Source: Centroscyllium fabricii (taxonomy: Eukaryota). From it: DNA of 64,000 bases. The stretch covers positions 119,660,001 to 119,724,000 of the forward strand of contig JBNRSN020000015.1 of NCBI GenBank assembly GCA_051313645.2, given 5' to 3'. Position numbers and translations under genes: made by a program. Below the pieces are notes generated by a model that saw nothing but the letters and a program-made list of their open reading frames with translations, was not told the origin of the DNA and did no database searches. How positions within the stretch are numbered: the stretch's first letter is position 1; each line of letters begins with the position of its first letter. Shown one piece after another: positions 60,933 through 64,000 of the stretch.

Positions 60933-61837
60933 TTCTGGCCAGATCGTTCTGTAACGGTTGTAGGTTGGGCCCAAATGCAATACACCGAAAACATACGTAG
61001 AAGTAAACTCCTTTATTTCTGAGCAGTAGAAGACGTAGGAAACAGTGGGTCAATATCGGCAGAAAGTTCACGGAGGCAACAAGTCCAAAATAGAGTTCAG
61101 GCAGAAGAGAATCCAAATTCAGAAACAGTTCAATACCGGGTAGTCCGTCCACGGGAGCGACAAATCCAAAAACGAGGTCAGGCAGAAGAGAATCCAAATT
61201 CCAGAAAGCAGGTCAGTATCTTGAACAGGCAGGATCAGAGAGCTAGAACTACACACAGGTATCACAGTCAGAAAGAACAAACGATCTGGCAACCTCTAGT
61301 TAGAAAGTAGGAGCTTATATACAGCTCTTGATTACCACTGGTGAATCTGGGCTGTTCAATCAGGTGCGGGCAGTAGAGCTAACGAGGTGATAACCAGTTA
61401 AAGGGGAAGAGCCAACCTAAGAGTTAAAGGGGAAGAGCCAACCTATGACAATTCGGCCCTTCGAGCCTGCTCCGCCATTCAATGAGATCATGGCTGACCA
61501 TCCAAGCCCAGCACCCCGCCCCTGCCTTGTCCCCATATCCCTCGATCCCTATCGAGCCTGCACCGACACACATCCCACCCTATCCCTGTAACCCCACATA
61601 TTCAATCCCCCTACCACTAAGGGTCAATTTATCATGGCCAATCAACCTAACCCGCACATCTTTGGACTGTGGGAGGAAACTGGAGCACCCGGAGGAAACC
61701 CACGCAGACACGGGGAGAATGTGTAAACCCCACACAGATAGTCACCCGAGGCCGGATTTGAACCCGGGTCTCTAGCGCTGTGAGACAACAGTGCTAACCA
61801 CTATGCCACCGTGTGATGATTTGCTCACTTAAAAATC

Positions 61838-62160
61838 GTTCAGGTGAGACATTAAAGCGAGGCCCCATCTGCCCTTTCAGGTGGAAGTAAAAGATTCCAT
61901 GGTGCCATTTCGAAGAAGATCAGGTGAGTGCTCCCCAGAGTCTTGACCAATATTTATCCCTCAAAAAAAATGACTAAAAAAAACAGGTTACTTTGTCGTT
62001 ATCACATTGCTGTTTGTGGGAGCTTGCTATGCACAAATTGTCTGCCGTGTTTCCTACATTGCAGCAGTGAATATATTTCAAAGTATTTCATTGGCTGTAA
62101 AATGATTTGAGACATCCTGAGGTCGTAAAAGGCGCTTACAATTGCAAGATCTTTCTTTCT
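61838..62160 (+). mobile_element. Deu-domain SINE, 3' part
   Basis: GAGACATTAAAGCGAGGCCCC...TTGCTGTTTGTGGGAGCTTGC...GGCGCT...TGCAAG.TCTTTC. Confidence 0.78.
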
Positions 62161-62185
62161 AATGTAGGATAGATAAAGTAAAGTA

Positions 62186-62715
62186 TAGGTTGGGCACCGG
62201 TAAACCGGCACCCGATGGTCCGGCACCTTCAGTGGTCCGGCACGAAATCAAAGCGGCGGTCTTCAGTTTGCTGAGCAGCCGCTCGGCGGCACCAGCGTTT
62301 CCCGCGGTTTGGTTTGCTGGTGCTTTAGGTGTTCTATCCCCGGGCTCCCTCCCGGGGAGTGTTCCACCCGCATGCTCCGGCCCTGTGGAGTGCTCTACCG
62401 CGCGCTCCGGCCCCGTGGAGTGCTCTACCGCGCGCTCCAGCCCCATGGAGTGCTCTACCACGCGCTCCAGCCCCATGGTGTGCTCTACCGCGCGCTCCAG
62501 CCCTTTGGAGTGCTCTACCGCGCACTCCGGCCCCGTGGAGTGCTCTACCGCGCACTCCGGTCCTGTGGAGTGCTCTACCTGCATGCTCCGTCCGGCATCT
62601 TCAGTTGTCCTTGGACTGTTCTACCCGCGCGCTCCGAACCTTCAGTGGTTCGGAATTTTCAATGATCCGGCACCGTCGTGGTCCCGAGGGTGCCGGATTA
62701 CCGGTGCTCAACCTG
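62186..62715. mobile_element. TA-flanked MITE with internal 30-bp tandem repeat (~7 copies, 62374-62580)
   Basis: TA|TAGGTTGGGCACCGGTAAACCGG ... CCGGATTACCGGTGCTCAACCTG|TA. Unit GCTCCGGCCCCGTGGAGTGCTCTACCGCGC. Confidence 0.82.
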
Positions 62716-62785
62716 TATTCACATTTTAGACCCATTTCTAATAGATTGTAATGCCTCTGATGCATTACCACTTGTGCATAAAGGC

Positions 62786-64000
62786 TGTGGTAAACCACTG
62801 TATATATGTATATAATCATCTGCATTGTGTGTGACCTCTGCTGTACTGTACATAGCCCTTTCATGTGTAGCTTGTCCGGGCATGCCCATGCTGACTCCGC
62901 CTGCGGCTCCTCCTCCTCGGACCCAGGTATAAAGGTAACTGTTTCCCTCCCCCATTCATTCTGGGATTGGTCGATTAGCATGGGCATGCTCATGTCTTAG
63001 TTAATAAAAGCCTACAGTTCTCTACTCAACTTCTAGGCTTTTGAAGTTATTGATTAGGCATCAATTTTATTAACTAAGTTTTCATCATGGAGCAACTGCT
63101 GAAACCTGCGATGTTGGAACTACATCCCCAAGCGCCAGGTGCCTCTAACATTTTTACTCACTGGTTCTCTTGCTTTGAGGCGTACCTCGAAGCCTCCGCT
63201 GCGATCGTCCAGATGGACAGGGACAAACTGCGCCTCCTCAACGCCCGGGTGGGCCCTCAGGTGTACTCGATCATCGCGGACGCTACGTCCTACACCAAGG
63301 CGGTCAGAACTCTGAAGGGCCAGTATACCCAGACACCTAACGTGGTCTACGCCAGACACCTCCTGGCCACCTGAAAGCAGCAACCCGGGGAATCGAACGA
63401 GGAGTTCCTGCGAGCGCTGAGAGTCCTCTGCTGGGCCTGCGATTGTAAAGCGCAGTCGGCCGCTGTGCACGCCGAGACCCTCATCAGAGACGCCTACGTC
63501 GCCGGCCTCAGGTCAGACTACATCAGGCAGAGACTGTTAGAAAAGGATGGCCTGGACCTGCAGGCGATGGTACAGCTTACGAGCTCGCTGGATCTGGCTT
63601 CCCATAATATGGCCACCTACAACGCTGACCACGCGGGCACATCGCAGATGCCGCCATCTTGGACGCAGCCGGCCGCACCGTGACCCACGGACGAGCTGAC
63701 CGCAGCGACAATCTCGAAGGGCCCGAAATGCTACTTCTGCGGCCAGGCCCAGCACCCCAGACAGAATTGCCCGGCAAGGGACGCGACCTGCTCCAAGTGC
63801 GGGAAGAAGGGCCACTACGCCAAGGTATGCAGAGCGGCAGCGCAATCGAACCCCAAACCCGGCAGGGCTGCGTGTGGCCCGTGGGGGCCGCCATCTTGGA
63901 CACAGCCGGCTGCGCCATCTTCAGCACAGCCCGCCGCGTGGGAGCCCACGCCATCTTGGACACAGCCAGCCGCGCCATCTTCAACACAGCCCGCCGCGTG
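62786..64000 (+). mobile_element. Mag-like Ty3/Gypsy element: 5' LTR (62786-63063) and decayed gag, continuing beyond the window
   Basis: TGTGGTAAACC...GGCATCA. Gag from 63087 is homologous to 38723 (HWFSCFEAYLEA, YARHLLAT, KCYFCG...CSKCGKKGHYAKVC), with stops at 63372 and 63681. Confidence 0.92.

Larger units (their letters stand above)
54226..61450 (-). mobile_element. full-length Tf1/sushi-type chromovirus, decayed, with a hAT-type insertion
   Basis: LTRs 60950-61450 and 54226-54700, TSD ATTCG (54221-54225, 61451-61455), PPT ~54704-54713, gag-pol-chromodomain. Confidence 0.96.
54174..61814 (-). mobile_element. HE1-like SINE (54174-54225 + 61451-61814) split by the sushi element
   Basis: SINE sequence is continuous across the TSD ATTCG. 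Confidence 0.88.

Noticed and set aside
59964-60980. Domesticated PEG10/RTL-like gene
   Set aside because: Flanked by two LTRs and a TSD, with a near-identical sister copy; it is an ordinary retrotransposon gag.

Overview
Vertebrate, almost certainly elasmobranch (shark/ray), nuclear DNA, judged from HE1-type V-SINEs with CR1-derived tails and Deu-domain SINEs. It is a deeply nested transposable-element landscape with no confidently identifiable host gene; only four weak candidate exons were seen. There are five Ty3/Gypsy elements. Two are near-identical, oppositely oriented Tf1/sushi-type chromoviruses (1-4812 + and 54226-61450 -). One is a CsRN1-like element with a CHCC gag motif and tRNA-Trp PBS (8076-11408 -). 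Two are Mag-like elements (38399-43278 +, and 62786 to the window end), and four related solo LTRs are also present. The window also holds many CR1 fragments (one with an open 900-aa ORF2), a Rex1/Babar fragment, TA-flanked MITEs rich in NRF1/YY1-like motifs, Harbinger-like MITEs, a hAT-type element with an 8-bp TSD, and a Penelope fragment carrying a minimal hammerhead ribozyme. The most striking observation concerns the two Mag-like elements. Both lack a tRNA PBS. At that position they instead carry a 13-14 nt perfect complement of their own LTR poly(A)-signal region, with compensatory changes between the two families. This suggests a tRNA-independent priming and/or poly(A)-occlusion mechanism. 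All calls were made by eye; family names are by recall, not by database search.
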